In this document: positions 51,255 to 63,015 of the stretch, piece by piece
Layout of the letters: the number at the start of each line of letters is the position of its first letter
Position numbering within the stretch: position 1 is the first letter of the stretch
DNA from: Octopus vulgaris
Lineage: Eukaryota
Assembly (NCBI GenBank): GCA_951406725.2
Contig: OX597833.1
Location: 32,240,001 to 32,304,000 of the forward strand
Length of the DNA: 64,000 nt
Direction: 5' to 3'
The notes under the pieces: generated by a model
Databases searched by the model: none
Told to the model about the DNA's origin: nothing
The model's input: only the letters and a program-made list of their open reading frames with translations
Position numbers and translations under genes: made by a program

Positions 51255-52050
51255 TACACAGAAAAAAACAAGGAGAGAAAAAAATGCGTGTAGGAGCTAA
51301 CGATCTATCATGGCGTCCTGACTTCGGACAGTGGTCAGGGAAGATAACAGGGTCAAGTGACTTCCAAAACGAAGGTGCCCCCAACACAAAGGTGCGTGTG
51401 TGTATAAGAGAGTATGTATGTGCGTGTGAAAGAGGGCTGGTGGTCTGGACGTGTGTGTGTATGTATGTGTGGGTGTGAAGATGTGGGGATTGGTGTGTGG
51501 GTGGTGTGTTGTGATGTGATATGTGTATGTATGTGTAGGTGTAAAGATGTGAGGATGGGTGTGAGGGCGGTGTGCTGTGGGTGGTGTGTTGTGATGTGAT
51601 GTGTAATGTTGTATGGTATAGTGTAGTGTGGTGTGATGTTGTGGGGAGGTGGGGAGGCGAGAGAAGGGAAAGCCCAGGTGGGGTGTGGGTTCGGCTGGGA
51701 GTTGGGTTGAGTGGGGGTTGTGGGGGATGGGGGAGAGTGAGAGGGGGAGAGAAGGGAGGGGAGGAGGGGAGAGAGGAGATGAGGGGGTGGAGGAGAAGGA
51801 GGAGAGGGAGGGGAGAGGCGGAGAGGAGGGGAGTGGTAGGGAGAGGAGAAGAAGGGGGAGGGAGAGGGGAGAGGGGGAGGAAGAGGGGAGAGAAGGGAAG
51901 TGAGGGAGCTGAGAGAAAGAGAGAAGGGGAAGAGGGAAGAAGAGAGAAGAAGAGGGAAGAAGGTGGAAGGAGGGAAAGAAGGGAAGAGGAAGGAAAGAGA
52001 GTAGGGGTGAAAAGATGAAGGGCTGAAGAGAAGTAGGAGTCGGGGGTAGG

Positions 52051-54199
52051 TTAGATGAAAAGGGGGGAGTTGAGACCAAATGGCGTAAAAGAGTGAAGAG
52101 AGAAGATTAATCCCTGTTTACGGCGCAAGCGGGAATCCGGATGGCCTCTGTGCAAGGACAATCCGAACACAGACAGGTGTTGCAAGGAGTGACCGGTGGA
52201 GCGGAAATGGCGTGAGACTGGAGTGTCATTGGCGAGGCGGATGTCTCGGAAGTGTTCCGCGAACCGGTCAGCCAAGCGGCGTCCCGTTTGTCCGATGTAC
52301 AGGGAGTGGCAGAGAGAGCAGGAGATGCAATAGATGATATTGCTGGAGGTGCAGGTGAAAGAGTCGATGATGCGATAGGGTCGATGATGGGTGCCGGTGA
52401 GGAGGGTGGTGTTGGAGAGATAAGGGCAAGTGCGGCAACGTGGGCGGGAGCAGGGGAACGAGCCAGGTTGGGAGGTAGGTTCAGGGAAGAAGCTGTGGAC
52501 AAAGAGGTCTCGTAGGTTATGGGCTCGTTTGAAGGAGGGGAGGGGTCGGTTAAAGAAGAGGTGTGAAGTGGACGGGTCGGACTGGAGATGCCGGAAAACT
52601 CGAAGAATGGTGCGTTGGAGAGGTAGGGTGGTGGGGTGGTAAGTGAGGGGAAAAGGGAGGCGGGAGACTGCAGGGCGGATTCGGGGGGAGAGAGCAGATG
52701 CACGGTTTACGGAACGTGCTCTGGCAAGGGCGGTGTGAATAGTGGTGAGGGGGGTATCCACGTAGGATGAAGTGGCGAGCCATGAGTTGAGACTGAGTTT
52801 CAAAGTCATGGTCGTCACAACAGATCCTACGTAGACGGAGGAATTGGAAATAGGGTATGGAAAGCTTGGTGTGTTTGGGGTGGGAGGAAGAGAAGTTAAG
52901 GTATGAGTGTGAGTCTGTGTGTTTGTAGTGAATGGAGGTGGTAAGAGTGGAGTGATGAACGCTGTCCGAAATGTCGAGGAAGGAGGCATAGGTATTGGAG
53001 ATAGTGCAGGTGAAGTGGAGGGCAGGATGGAAGGATTGAACGAAAGAGAGGAAGGAGTCTAGATGTTCACGGGAGAGTGAGGCGGCTCCGATAATCTCGT
53101 CAATATAACGACCGTATAGTTCGGGAGTGGGACCAGGGAAACTAGAGAATATTTGGGCCTCAACATAGCTAACGAACAGGTTCGCATAGTTGGGGCCCAT
53201 TCGCGTTCCCATGGCCACTCTCGAGACTTGTTGGTAGAACTCGTCCGCGAACGAGAAGCAGTTAAGGGAAAGGACAAGTTCGGACAGACGAATGAGTGTG
53301 GGGGTGTCGGGTTCGGGGTTGGGGCGGAGGTCGAGAAAGTGTTGAAGTGCACGCAGTTCTTCGGGGTGAGGGATGACGGTATAGAGGCTCTGGATGTCCA
53401 TTGTAAAGAGGAGTTTGGAGGAGCCGGGAGGAAAGGAGAAAGAGTTGAAAAGCCGGAGAGCATGGTTGATGTCGTAGATATGAGAGGGAAGAGACGCCAC
53501 TAGGGGGGCAAGGACACGGTCGAGGTATTTTGAGATGAGCTCTGTGGGGCAGTTACAGGCGGAGATGATGGGGCGGCCAGGGTTGTTGGGTTTGTGGATT
53601 TTGGAGAGGAAGTAAATGGTGGGGGTGCGTGGGGTTCGGACAATGAGGTTGGATGCAGTGTGGGGGAGACGGGAGGACGAGATGAGATCGTGGACAGTAG
53701 AGGAGACCGTCTGTTGGTAGCTAAGCGTGGGGTCAGAGGACAGAGGGGAGTAGAAGGAGGTGTCATTGAGTTGACGGAGCGCCTCGGCCCTGTTGAGGTC
53801 CGCGCGCCACTCCACCACAGCTCCACCCTTGTCGGCCGGTTTGATGACAATGTCAGCGCGCTGTCGGAGGGAACGAAGAGTCGAGAGCTCGGCCGGGGAA
53901 ATGTTGAGGCGGCGGTGACGCCTGGAGAAGTTGAATTGCTCTAACGCGCGCTGACAGGCACCCGCGAAAAGATCCACTGCTTGGAACTGGCCGGGGGCAA
54001 GCGTCCACTGGGATGGTCGGCGGCCCAGGTCAGTGAAGCAGTCCTCCTTGTTGGATGCGAGTGGTATGTCGCGGAAAAACGCACCCAACCGGACGCGGCG
54101 CACAAAGCTGTGGACATCAGCACGCGTCTGGAATTCCTTACAGGATGGAGTGAGGGGGATGAAACGTAGGCCCCTACTGTGGACGGAGCGTTCCGCCAC
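52051..54199 (-). CDS. Penelope-like RT / GIY-YIG endonuclease polyprotein with one frameshift at about 52750
   Basis: IKPADKGG, PGRPIIS, FTMDIQSLYT, MGTRMGPNYANLF and RYIDEI in ORF 52550-54199; CSRPRCRTC, NIIYCISC..YIGQTGR, RFAEH and GLN in ORF 52051-52989; the frame changes in a G6 run at 52749-52754. Confidence 0.92.
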
Positions 54200-54842
54200 A
54201 GAGAGGGGATGATCTGGGGGAATGGTAACAACAGACTGAAATGGAGAAGAGGTGGATGGAATAGGAGTAGGAGGGGTGGTAGGGATGGTGGAGGTCTGAG
54301 GGGGAGGGAGTGGGGAGGTGTGTGTGGGTTGTTAGGAGGGACAGTGGGGTTAGGTGTGGGTGGGTGGAGCCTATCAGGGGGGAGAAGGGTAGTGGCGTTG
54401 GGTGTGATGGAATGGAGGAGTGATTGGCGTTTACGAAGTTTAGTATTGGAAAGAAATTGATGAAAGAAGTGATTTAGATGGATAATGAAGCGCAATGCAT
54501 GCATACATACATATGTACATACATATATGAGAATACAGCGTGAAAGCACCAAACTACTTTTGTTGATCTTAGCTTCACGGAACAGCATACTATATATATA
54601 TATATATATATATATACATTCGCTAGCTTTCTTACAAAGGGGTCTTAGCTTAGACTTTTTGGGGGCAACAATATCGAACAATCTCAAGTGTAACTGCCCG
54701 AAAAAGTTGTGACTTCAGGGACTTGAGTGAGGAAAGAAAGTCACGAATGACCCGCCTTTTTTTGCCTCTCCTTTTAATTGTTGTTTCTCTTATCCGCCTA
54801 TCTGTCTGAATGTTTTAATGCCATCTATTGCATTTTTGTTCC

Positions 54843-54882
<40 letters not shown>

Positions 54883-55041
54883 GCATATTTGCCATTTGAA
54901 TATGGCTAACCCATAAGGGTGGATGCTACTGTAGTTTGTAGCCCCAGGAAGATATCTCCTCCAGCTGGCTATAGACACACTATCTGTGTCCTCTCAGTAT
55001 TTGTGAAGGGGAGTCATCCTCCCCGTCTTCAACACATGATA

Positions 55042-55086
55042 CACACGTACCCGAATTTCAAGGTGTTTACCTTTCATCAGCGTGTG
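55042..55086 (-). ncRNA. Type I hammerhead ribozyme
   Basis: CACACG-CTGATGA-AAGGT-AAAC-ACCTT-GAAA-TTCGGGTA-CGTGTG: 6-bp stem I, 5-bp stem II, short wobble stem III, GUA site at 55048. Confidence 0.85.
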
Positions 55087-55319
55087 ACAATCATGATTTC
55101 GATGAATTTCTTTATTACGATTATAAAATCATTACATAGAAGGACAATACAGGACATACATACAAAAAATAGTTAAGTGGTTCGATTAAAAATTTTCCAT
55201 AATATATGGATTATTCCTTATACAAAATTTGTATTTAAATTGTCCTTTGCATTGACTAATAGAACATTATAACATTACATAGCTTGAGATCTTACCGATA
55301 TATTTTAAACCCCGGCAAC

Positions 55320-58300
55320 CTATAAGGCCCCGCAGCTTTTCTTTCCTCTCCTCCATCCATAGTTTCTGACACCCACCTTTTTTGCCACTTCCTTCCATCT
55401 TTTTTCATACACACCTCGTGGTAAGATCTTCTTTTCCAGCCCCATTTTGCTCTTCAGATGATATCTGAAGTAAGTGAGCAAGCCGGGGCCTGAGACAAAG
55501 GCTCCTATTGCGACTCCTTCCATTCTTGTACGCCACATGCATTCTTTTACTACTGCAACCGTGCAGTGAAAACATGCCTCACCTTCCTTCGAGAGTCCAG
55601 TTGGCGGTATCATCTTAATCATAGACTCAGCCGACAGCTGTACTCGTCCCAGATGCGATAACACGTGTTCTGCGTAACTTATCAAGTCTGACAACTTCCG
55701 ACAGTGTACAAAAGCGTGCTGGACGGTTTCATCGTCCAACCCGCATCTTGGACACGTCGGTGGCACCGAAATTCCGTGCCGCGATAACTTCTCGCGAACA
55801 GGTAAAGCATTCCTATAACACTGCCAGGCCAGGGATCTTTGGAAGTTATCCAAATACCCCGTCCTGAAAGTCTTTTTAAACAGGTTGGTAAGCTGGTCTT
55901 CGTCAAACCCCAGAGCCCCTCCTAGGACGTCGTCGTTCTTTGCCTCTACCAGCCTGCTATAAAATACCGAGGTGGTATTTCCGCAGCCGGCCTTGCCCGC
56001 CTTGTGGATCAGCGTGAGTGCCTGCCGGCACTCTTTTTGCTATAAAGTCAGATTCCGTCTTTTGATGTGACCGGGTTTAAAATTCACTAAGGAAGCCGGT
56101 CTCGGGAAAAATTCCCCTGCCAGCGGACTCCACACCTTATCACCCTCCAGGTGGTGCCAGAGATGCTTCAGCCTCAACGCATGCCTGCGCATCATCAACC
56201 AAGGCATTCCTAACCCACCCTTTAACGGTTCCTGGCAGCAAACGGAGCGCCTCACAAGTGGCTTTCCTCCCTTCCACAAAAAGCGGAAAAGGATTCGCTC
56301 CAACTTGCTAAGCCATGAATCGGGGCAAGGGACAGCGGTCAGGCGGTAAGTGATTACAGATGCAATGAACATCTGTGCTACCTCCGCCCTTCCTTTCAAG
56401 GACAGAGACCTTCCGGACCAGGTCCGTACTATGGCCTCCACCTTGTCCGTCACCTCACTCCAATTCCTCTCCGTTTGGGAGTCTGACCCAAACCAAACTC
56501 CTAGCAACTTAACTGGACCATCCGTCCAGTGTCCACGACACTGGACGATATCGACTTGCTCCTCCAGGTGCCGAGGCGCAAGCCAACCGACTTGTCCTTG
56601 TTAACCCTTGCTCCTGCCACCGCCTCGTATCCTCTGATAGCATCTTCTACACAAGGTAGCTGGGCCTCATTGGACACGATGAGGGTGACGTCATCCGCAT
56701 AAGCAGTAACCGTCCTCCCACCTCCGATCTCATCCGGGTTACTTCCCAGCCTCTCCAACTTTCGCAGCAATGGCTCGAGAGCCAACACGTACAAAAGTGG
56801 TGACAAGGGGCACCCTTGACGAACTGAACATTCGATCGAAAACGGTTCCGTTAGGTAACCGTTTATCTGGACGGTGGACTTGATGCCGCTATACATAGCG
56901 GAGATCCACCCGCGAAATTCAGGGCCCAGTCCAGCCGCTTCGAGGACCGTCGCCAGGTACTTATGGTCTACCCTATCGAACGCTTTACTTTGGTCTAAAT
57001 GGACCATTACCCCGCCCTTGCCGGTTAATTTACCCACCCTATCTAAGGTGTAGCGTATAAAGTGAAGATTTCCTGGATCGACCTGCCTGGAATTGCACAT
57101 GTCTGTGCTTTCCCTACAAGTTTCTCCACGACAATCGTCAACCTTTTTGCCAACACCTTGGCCAAAATCTTTAACTCTACATTAAGTAGAGTTATGAGCC
57201 TGTAATTACTAATGTTATCCCCCTTGCTCGGGTCTTTCTAGATTAGCGTCACCACTCCCCGGTTTACAGAACTGGGAATTCTCCCATTCTGCTGCCAGTT
57301 CGCGTAGACACCTGCCAATATTCCCCCGAACAAGTCCGGCATACTTTGGTAAAACTCGTAGGGCAGACCATCCAACCCCGGCGACTTCTCCCCGGCGCAT
57401 CCGGCCAGTACCCCCTCTATCTCCTCGGGAGTGATCGCTCCTTCACAGCACTCCACCTCACGCCCCGAGAGCCGCGGTCCGCCGGCTAGGAAGTCCTTTA
57501 AGGCCCTCCCCCGCTCCGGCGCAACACCACCCCCGAACGCGCGGGCGAAATGCTGGTGAAGAAACTTTTGCATCTCCTCCTGTCCATAGATCTTTTGTCT
57601 CTGTTCGTCAGTTAAAGACTTGATTGAAGCTTTGTTACCTCTCTGACTCTCCACTCGACGGGCCCATCCGGCAACGTTAATACCTTCTCGTTTCCCAGCG
57701 CGTAGCTTAGCTCTAACTCTGCAACCTTCGTGTTTGGAGTTAAGGTGACGGTACAATACCGTCCTTGCCGCCATCACTCCGGATGCAGAGCCAGCTTCCA
57801 TTGCCTTAACTAAATCGTCCTCTATCCTAGACCTATCTAACCTTAGCTGATTGCTAAATCTAATGGACTCTGAACGAATGGCTCTTTTGAGGGAGTGCCA
57901 CCATCTATTGTTAATGATGGTGCCACACAATGCCCTCTGTACTAACACCTTAATCCGGGTATGGAAGTCTTCACAATTCAAAATAGACTTGTTCAGCTTC
58001 CAGTACCCGGGTCCCTGTCTATGGCACTTATCTAATTGCACCCTACAAGTCACAAATTTGTGATCCGTGTAAGGCACAATGTGAAACCGTGGACAACTAA
58101 ACGTATCCTTATCTCTTTTCCTAACGAATATCCTATCTATATACGATCTGTGTGAGCCGTCGTTGTTACTCCACGTCCACTGTGGAACGCTCGGCTCATC
58201 CAGTCGATAACGGTCCACTAGATAAAAGCTCTCTAGTAGACCCTTGAGGCTAGGGTTCCCCTTCCTATTAGTTGAGCCAACATTGTCGACCCGCGCTTCG

Positions 58301-58728
58301 AGGACAGTGTTAAAGTCCCCTACTAAGACTACCGTTTTCGACGTCGCTAAAAAGTGCTCCAAATTCCGAAAAAAACCCGCCTACCTACACTCATTCGGAG
58401 CGTAGACAGCTACCAACCTGAAGGACTGTTTACTTACGTGGTTCACATCCAGAACGACCAGCCTGCCTTCTGGGTCCAGAAAGACAGTACTTACCTGCAA
58501 GTCCAAGCTCTTCCTGATAAGGACTGCCACGCCTCTTCCTCTTCCTCGGCTAGGAGAAATAAATTTCTCGAAACCATTTAGAAGAGGCGAGAACGCTTGG
58601 GCCCCGTTCATCTTGGACTCGGTTACAATAGCTACGTCCACTCCGTGTGTCGTGAGGTCGTTCAGAAAACAAATTTGTTTCCATTTCGACCCCATTCTAC
58701 GCACATTCACACAACCCAGCTTTGCCAA
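55320..58728 (-). CDS. Tx1 ORF2 (APE endonuclease, RT, C-terminal Cys motif), split by several frameshifts
   Basis: CVNVR, VAVYAPN, LVGDFN, SYIDRIF, TDHK, GPGYWKLN, KSPGLDGLPYEFY, LDQSKAFDRVDH, VRQGCPLSPLLY, AYADDV, GGLGMP, CPRCG..ETVQHAFVHC. Confidence 0.92.
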
Positions 58729-58755
58729 TGTCGGAGAGAGAAAAAATAAATAAAC

Positions 58756-60192
58756 TTACGGTTGGGACAGGGAGCATGACAGTTTAAATCTGCCTGCTTC
58801 CCCTTCTTCCTCCCTTGTGGTCGTAGCTGCAGGGCTCTTAACCGGCGTTGCCATCGGGCTCTGGGTAGGTGTGGTTGCCGGGGTTATAATAAGTTTACCC
58901 TCCAGTATTTCATTCGTTACATCTCTGATAAGATTATTCTTTAAATGTTCTTGTAGTGTTTTTTCCTTCCACTCGTCTTCCTTTATTTTTGCAAAGCGAG
59001 TGGTTGATTTTGTGTCTGTAGACTTACTGAATAGTTTAAATTTTGAAAATTTGAAATACTTGTACACCCTATCGTTCTTCTCGTCAAATGCTATAATCTT
59101 TTCATTTTTTTTTATCAATTTTTTCAAATCTTGTTTTATGGGGAGGGGCTTGGCGAACTGTCTTCCAATGAATACAGTGCCGTGGGGGTAGGGTTGGGGA
59201 ATTTGTTTTGTATGTATCTCTGCGGTGTTTGCTGATTTTTTCTTTGTTTGGGGAGGGGAGTCCAGGGTGTTATCTTTCTTTTCTTTTGTGTGTCACCTGT
59301 GTATATTCCATTTGTTCATTTTCATCTTCCGTTTCGGTTCCTTTCCTTGTCGCAGTCTTGGGTTCTGTTTCCGCTTTTTCTTTTTCAGTGTTTGAAGCAC
59401 TTTGAGGAGGGGCTTCGTTGATTTTCTTTTTTTTATGCAGTTTGAGCGGACGTGACCCTTTTCGCCACATTTGAAGCACCTAGGTCTGCGCCCCTCCACT
59501 GACACTCTCATTGAAGTTCCCTCCTCATTAAATACCCTATCGGGTAAGTTTTCTAGTATCTTATTTTCTGCTTGAACGAGGAGTTCTAGCGCTTGTCCTT
59601 TCCAGTGCACCTCCTCTTTCCTTCTCATCTGCAGAATTGAAACTTCCCGCTCTACGTTGTGCAGGACTGCCGCTGCTACCCACATTATATCATACCCTCT
59701 TGGTATATCCTCTACATGTAGTTTGGCTGTTCTTTTTCCCATATACGTAGGTAGCAACATGATATCCTCACTTTTCAAGGTCATTGATGACACCTCTCTT
59801 GCCACATCAGCCGAGTCGAAATGTGCTTCAACGGTAGCGCTGCGAGCACCTCGAACAACGTGGCGAATTTTGTTCCACACCGGGGACAAGCACTTTTCTA
59901 CTATCTCGTTCTTGACATCCATTATTTTTTTTTCTTTGTTGCTATAAACTTTGTATACAACTGTCTTTGCCTTTATTTCCTGTACCTTCGCTTGCGGCGG
60001 TACCAGTTTAATTTCATTGCCTTCCGTTTTTACCAAGTTCCGGTATTCGAATAACTGTTCAATCTTGAATTCTACATCCGTTACGGTTCCGCCCACTGCG
60101 GCCGAAAAAGACTGTTTTTTGACTTCGGTATCCTTTTGTTCACCTTTTCCCATCACGGGAAAGTCGCTCCTCGACGCCAAGTCGAACTCCAT
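58756..60192 (-). CDS. Tx1 ORF1 (gag-like, CCHC zinc knuckle), frameshifted
   Basis: SFSAAV N-terminal motif and CFKCGEKGHVRSNC; continues in ORFs 59270-59479 and 58756-59127. Confidence 0.82.
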
Positions 60193-60677
60193 TTCTCAAA
60201 TTATGAGAACAAATGTTGCAAAAAAATTACCTCGAAGGTAATGACAATGTTTAAACAGAATTTTCCGCCCCGTAGGGCGAAAATTACTGTTACACAACGG
60301 ACAACTGTTCAATTCACGAGTAAACACAAACAACGACGAACAAAAAATACGAACTCACTCAACAAAAAGGCAGCAAAATTCTCAAAACGCAGATGAAAGA
60401 GGGGTCCCTAGACGAATAACAATCATGGTTTCGATGAGAAGTCAGATCCCTTCACAAATACATATACTTTTTCCAGTGTCGATTTGACACTGATATTGAA
60501 AAAGTGATATCAAACAATGATAAATCTCAGAGCGAGTTATAACAGTAGCGGTAACACATCGTGATGCATATTTGCCATTTGAATATGGCTAGCCCATAAG
60601 GGTGGATGCTACTGTAGTTTGTAGCCCCAGGAAGATATCTCCTCCAGCTGGCTATATATATATATATATATATATAT

Positions 60678-61565
60678 TTGATATAGGATAAAATTTTTTT
60701 CGGGAAAAAATTTTTATCAATGGCCAGCATATCAAAAAATGCCTGTAAAGGTAAAACTTATACATAATTTACAAGATAAGGGCAGAAGAAAAATTCTAAT
60801 GCCAGATACGCCGAAACAAAAAAATTGTCGATAACCATTAAATTTATGCGTCTCGAAATTCCGTGGGTATGAATAAGTATTTCATTTATATCTCGCGTAT
60901 GTGCCGCTGAAAAGGGGAAATTTCTTGTGAATTAACCCCGAAATTGGACCAATACGGTAATAACGAATTTTTTAGAGATTTCTATCGGTTTGTTTCGAGA
61001 CGCATAAATTTAATGGTTATCGACAATTTTTTTGTTTCGGCGTATCTGGCATTAGAATTTTTCTTCTGCCCTTATCTTGAAAATTATGTATAAATTTTAC
61101 CTTTAAAGGCATTTTTTGATATGCTGGCCATTGATAAAAAAATTTTCCCGGAAAAAATTTTATCCTATATCAATTATAAATAGATTAGTGTTTCACTTCC
61201 GGATTCTATCACTCTGTGAAAGTTTCTAGTTCGAATCACACGTGTCTCGAGGTGCGCCTAAGATTTTTCTATTTGGATATATTTTGGGTACTTAAGTCGG
61301 CTCGGTACTTGGTGCTTGCTTCTTCCGTGGGTATGAATAAGTATTTCATTTATATCTCGCGTATGTGCCGCTGAAGAGGGGAAAATTTCTTGTGAATTAA
61401 CCCAATACGGTAATAACGATACGGACCAATACGGTAATAACGAATTTTTTAGAGATTTCTATCGGTTTGTTTCGAGACGCATAAATTTGATTATTATCGA
61501 CAATTTTTTTTGTTTCGGCGTATCTGGCATTAGAATTTTTCTTCTGCCCTTATCTTGTAAATTAT
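60678..61565 (+). mobile_element. pLTR/retrozyme-like non-coding element: 464-nt direct-repeat period plus 180-bp inverted arm, in (TA)n
   Basis: Inverted arms at 60678-60858 and 60993-61173; direct repeat starting at 60859 and 61323; HHR motifs at 60904-60957 and about 61368-61434. Confidence 0.8.
60904..60957 (+). ncRNA. Hammerhead ribozyme with G8A core mutation
   Basis: CCG-CTGAAAA-GGGG...CCCC-GAAA-TTGGACCAATA-CGG; the sister copy at 61371 has CTGAAGA. Confidence 0.65.
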
Positions 61566-61599
61566 ATATATATATATATTTATGTGTGTGTGTGTAATA

Positions 61600-61702
61600 A
61601 ATCTCTGAGCGAGGTATAAACAGTAGCTGCACGACATCGTGAAGTATATGTGGCTAACCCCTAAGGGTTAGCCACATTTAAGTGGCAAATATACTTGACG
61701 AT
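61600..61702. repeat. Snap-back fragment of the 351-nt HHR unit
   Basis: Matches about 60523-60602, then reverses at CCC-CTAA-GGG; 13-bp perfect stem at 61648-61677. Confidence 0.7.
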
Positions 61703-61895
61703 ATATATATATATCTGTATATATATAAAAGGCATGATGCGTGTGTGTGTGTATGTGTGTGTGTACGTGAATGTAAATTATGCACGTCCACAAATTAGCA
61801 GATTTTAAAAATTTCGTCCTTTTAATGAGTGGTTGAGAGGCAAAAATAGACAGATAGGGGTTGTTATGTATGTATGTATGTGTGAATGGCTTCAG

Positions 61896-61951
<56 letters not shown>

Positions 61952-62126
61952 ACATGTATGCGTACAAAACACATGTATGCAATGTGTGTGTGTGTGTATG
62001 TGTGTTGCCCGAGTCACGCTCCTTCGCAAACGATCAACTATTATTTTGTAAACAATATTTCGAAACTGTTGCATTTGTAAACAATGTTTCGAAAATAGGT
62101 GTATGTACGTATATGCTATTTTTGTT

Positions 62127-62166
<40 letters not shown>

Positions 62167-62168
62167 GC

Positions 62169-62210
<42 letters not shown>

Positions 62211-62479
62211 TTAGTTGTGATCTGAACATAACCGCTTCTCACACAGAGGATTGGGGGCCCTTTTGGGCGTTCTATTTTCTTTGCTAGAAGGGTTCCCTAC
62301 CCATGGGCAAAGGGGGTTACATGATGGGGAGTGTTTTCAAAAGGGTTGGCATATGCAACCTGATCACCTCTGCCGATCAAACTCCCAACCCATGCGCTCC
62401 CGTCGCGACACTGATTCTGCAGAACTGGGTTGGGTATGAAAACCAACTTTAAAGTATAAATAGTAATGCTTTTGAATCA

Positions 62480-62950
62480 GTAATGTTGTGTTCGGTTAAC
62501 TCCTATTTGGAGTGAAAAATCAATAAACTGGTTCCTTATGGGGTTTTCAATTTAATCAGGATAAAAAAACAAATCGACAAACCGATTCCATATAGGACTT
62601 CCCACTAAAATTGGCTACACCCCATTCTCAACCATAACTTTGACCAATTTTGATGTATTTTGTTCAAATTTGATGCCAGCATTACTTAGGACTCGTGGGA
62701 TCTTCGAATGCTTTAAGTTCTCCAAAAACGAAAAAAAAAAAAAATGACGAGTGGAAAAAATCGATAAACCGATTCCTTATGGGATCTCCCAATCAAATTG
62801 TCAGCAACTCATTTTCAGCCCAAAGTTTACCAATTTCAACGGATTTCGCTCAAATTTGACGTCGATGTTACTTAGTTTGGTTTGAAATAAAGAGCTTGAT
62901 TAGCTTAATAATCCTAACTGAATCCCGAGCAAAGCCGGGCTATACTGGTA

Positions 62951-62951
<1 letters not shown>
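62480..62951 (+). mobile_element. Helitron-like 3' segment
   Basis: Subterminal hairpin CCCGAGC-AAA-GCCGGG (62924-62939), then GTAG|T; internal duplications at about 62517, 62571 and 62758. Confidence 0.45.

Positions 62952-63015
<64 letters not shown>

Larger units (their letters stand above)
51121..54480 (-). mobile_element. Penelope-like element (Neptune-type), 5'-truncated, with 3' pLTR abutting (TA)n
   Basis: RT + Cys finger + GIY-YIG ORF, low-complexity 3' spacer and HHR-bearing pLTR at 51121-51300. Confidence 0.92.
55106..60418 (-). mobile_element. Full-length L1/Tx1-clade non-LTR retrotransposon (5.3 kb) with 19-bp TSD
   Basis: ACAATCATG(A/G)TTTCGATGA at 55087-55105 and 60419-60437; 5' UTR, ORF1 and ORF2 present; 3' end AATAAAGAAAT with no poly(A). 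Confidence 0.93.
54878..60656 (-). mobile_element. HHR-bearing non-autonomous unit (351-nt monomer + 96-nt terminal redundancy) split by the Tx1 insertion, flanked by (TA)n
   Basis: 96-bp direct repeats at 54878-54973 and 60561-60656 (1 mismatch); HHR at 55042-55086; 14-bp complementarity between 54997-55010 and 60448-60461. Confidence 0.8.

Noticed and set aside
54878-60656. 96-bp direct repeats read as LTRs or a giant TSD of the RT element
   Set aside because: The element is an APE-type LINE with its own 19-bp TSD inside these repeats; the repeats belong to the host HHR unit.
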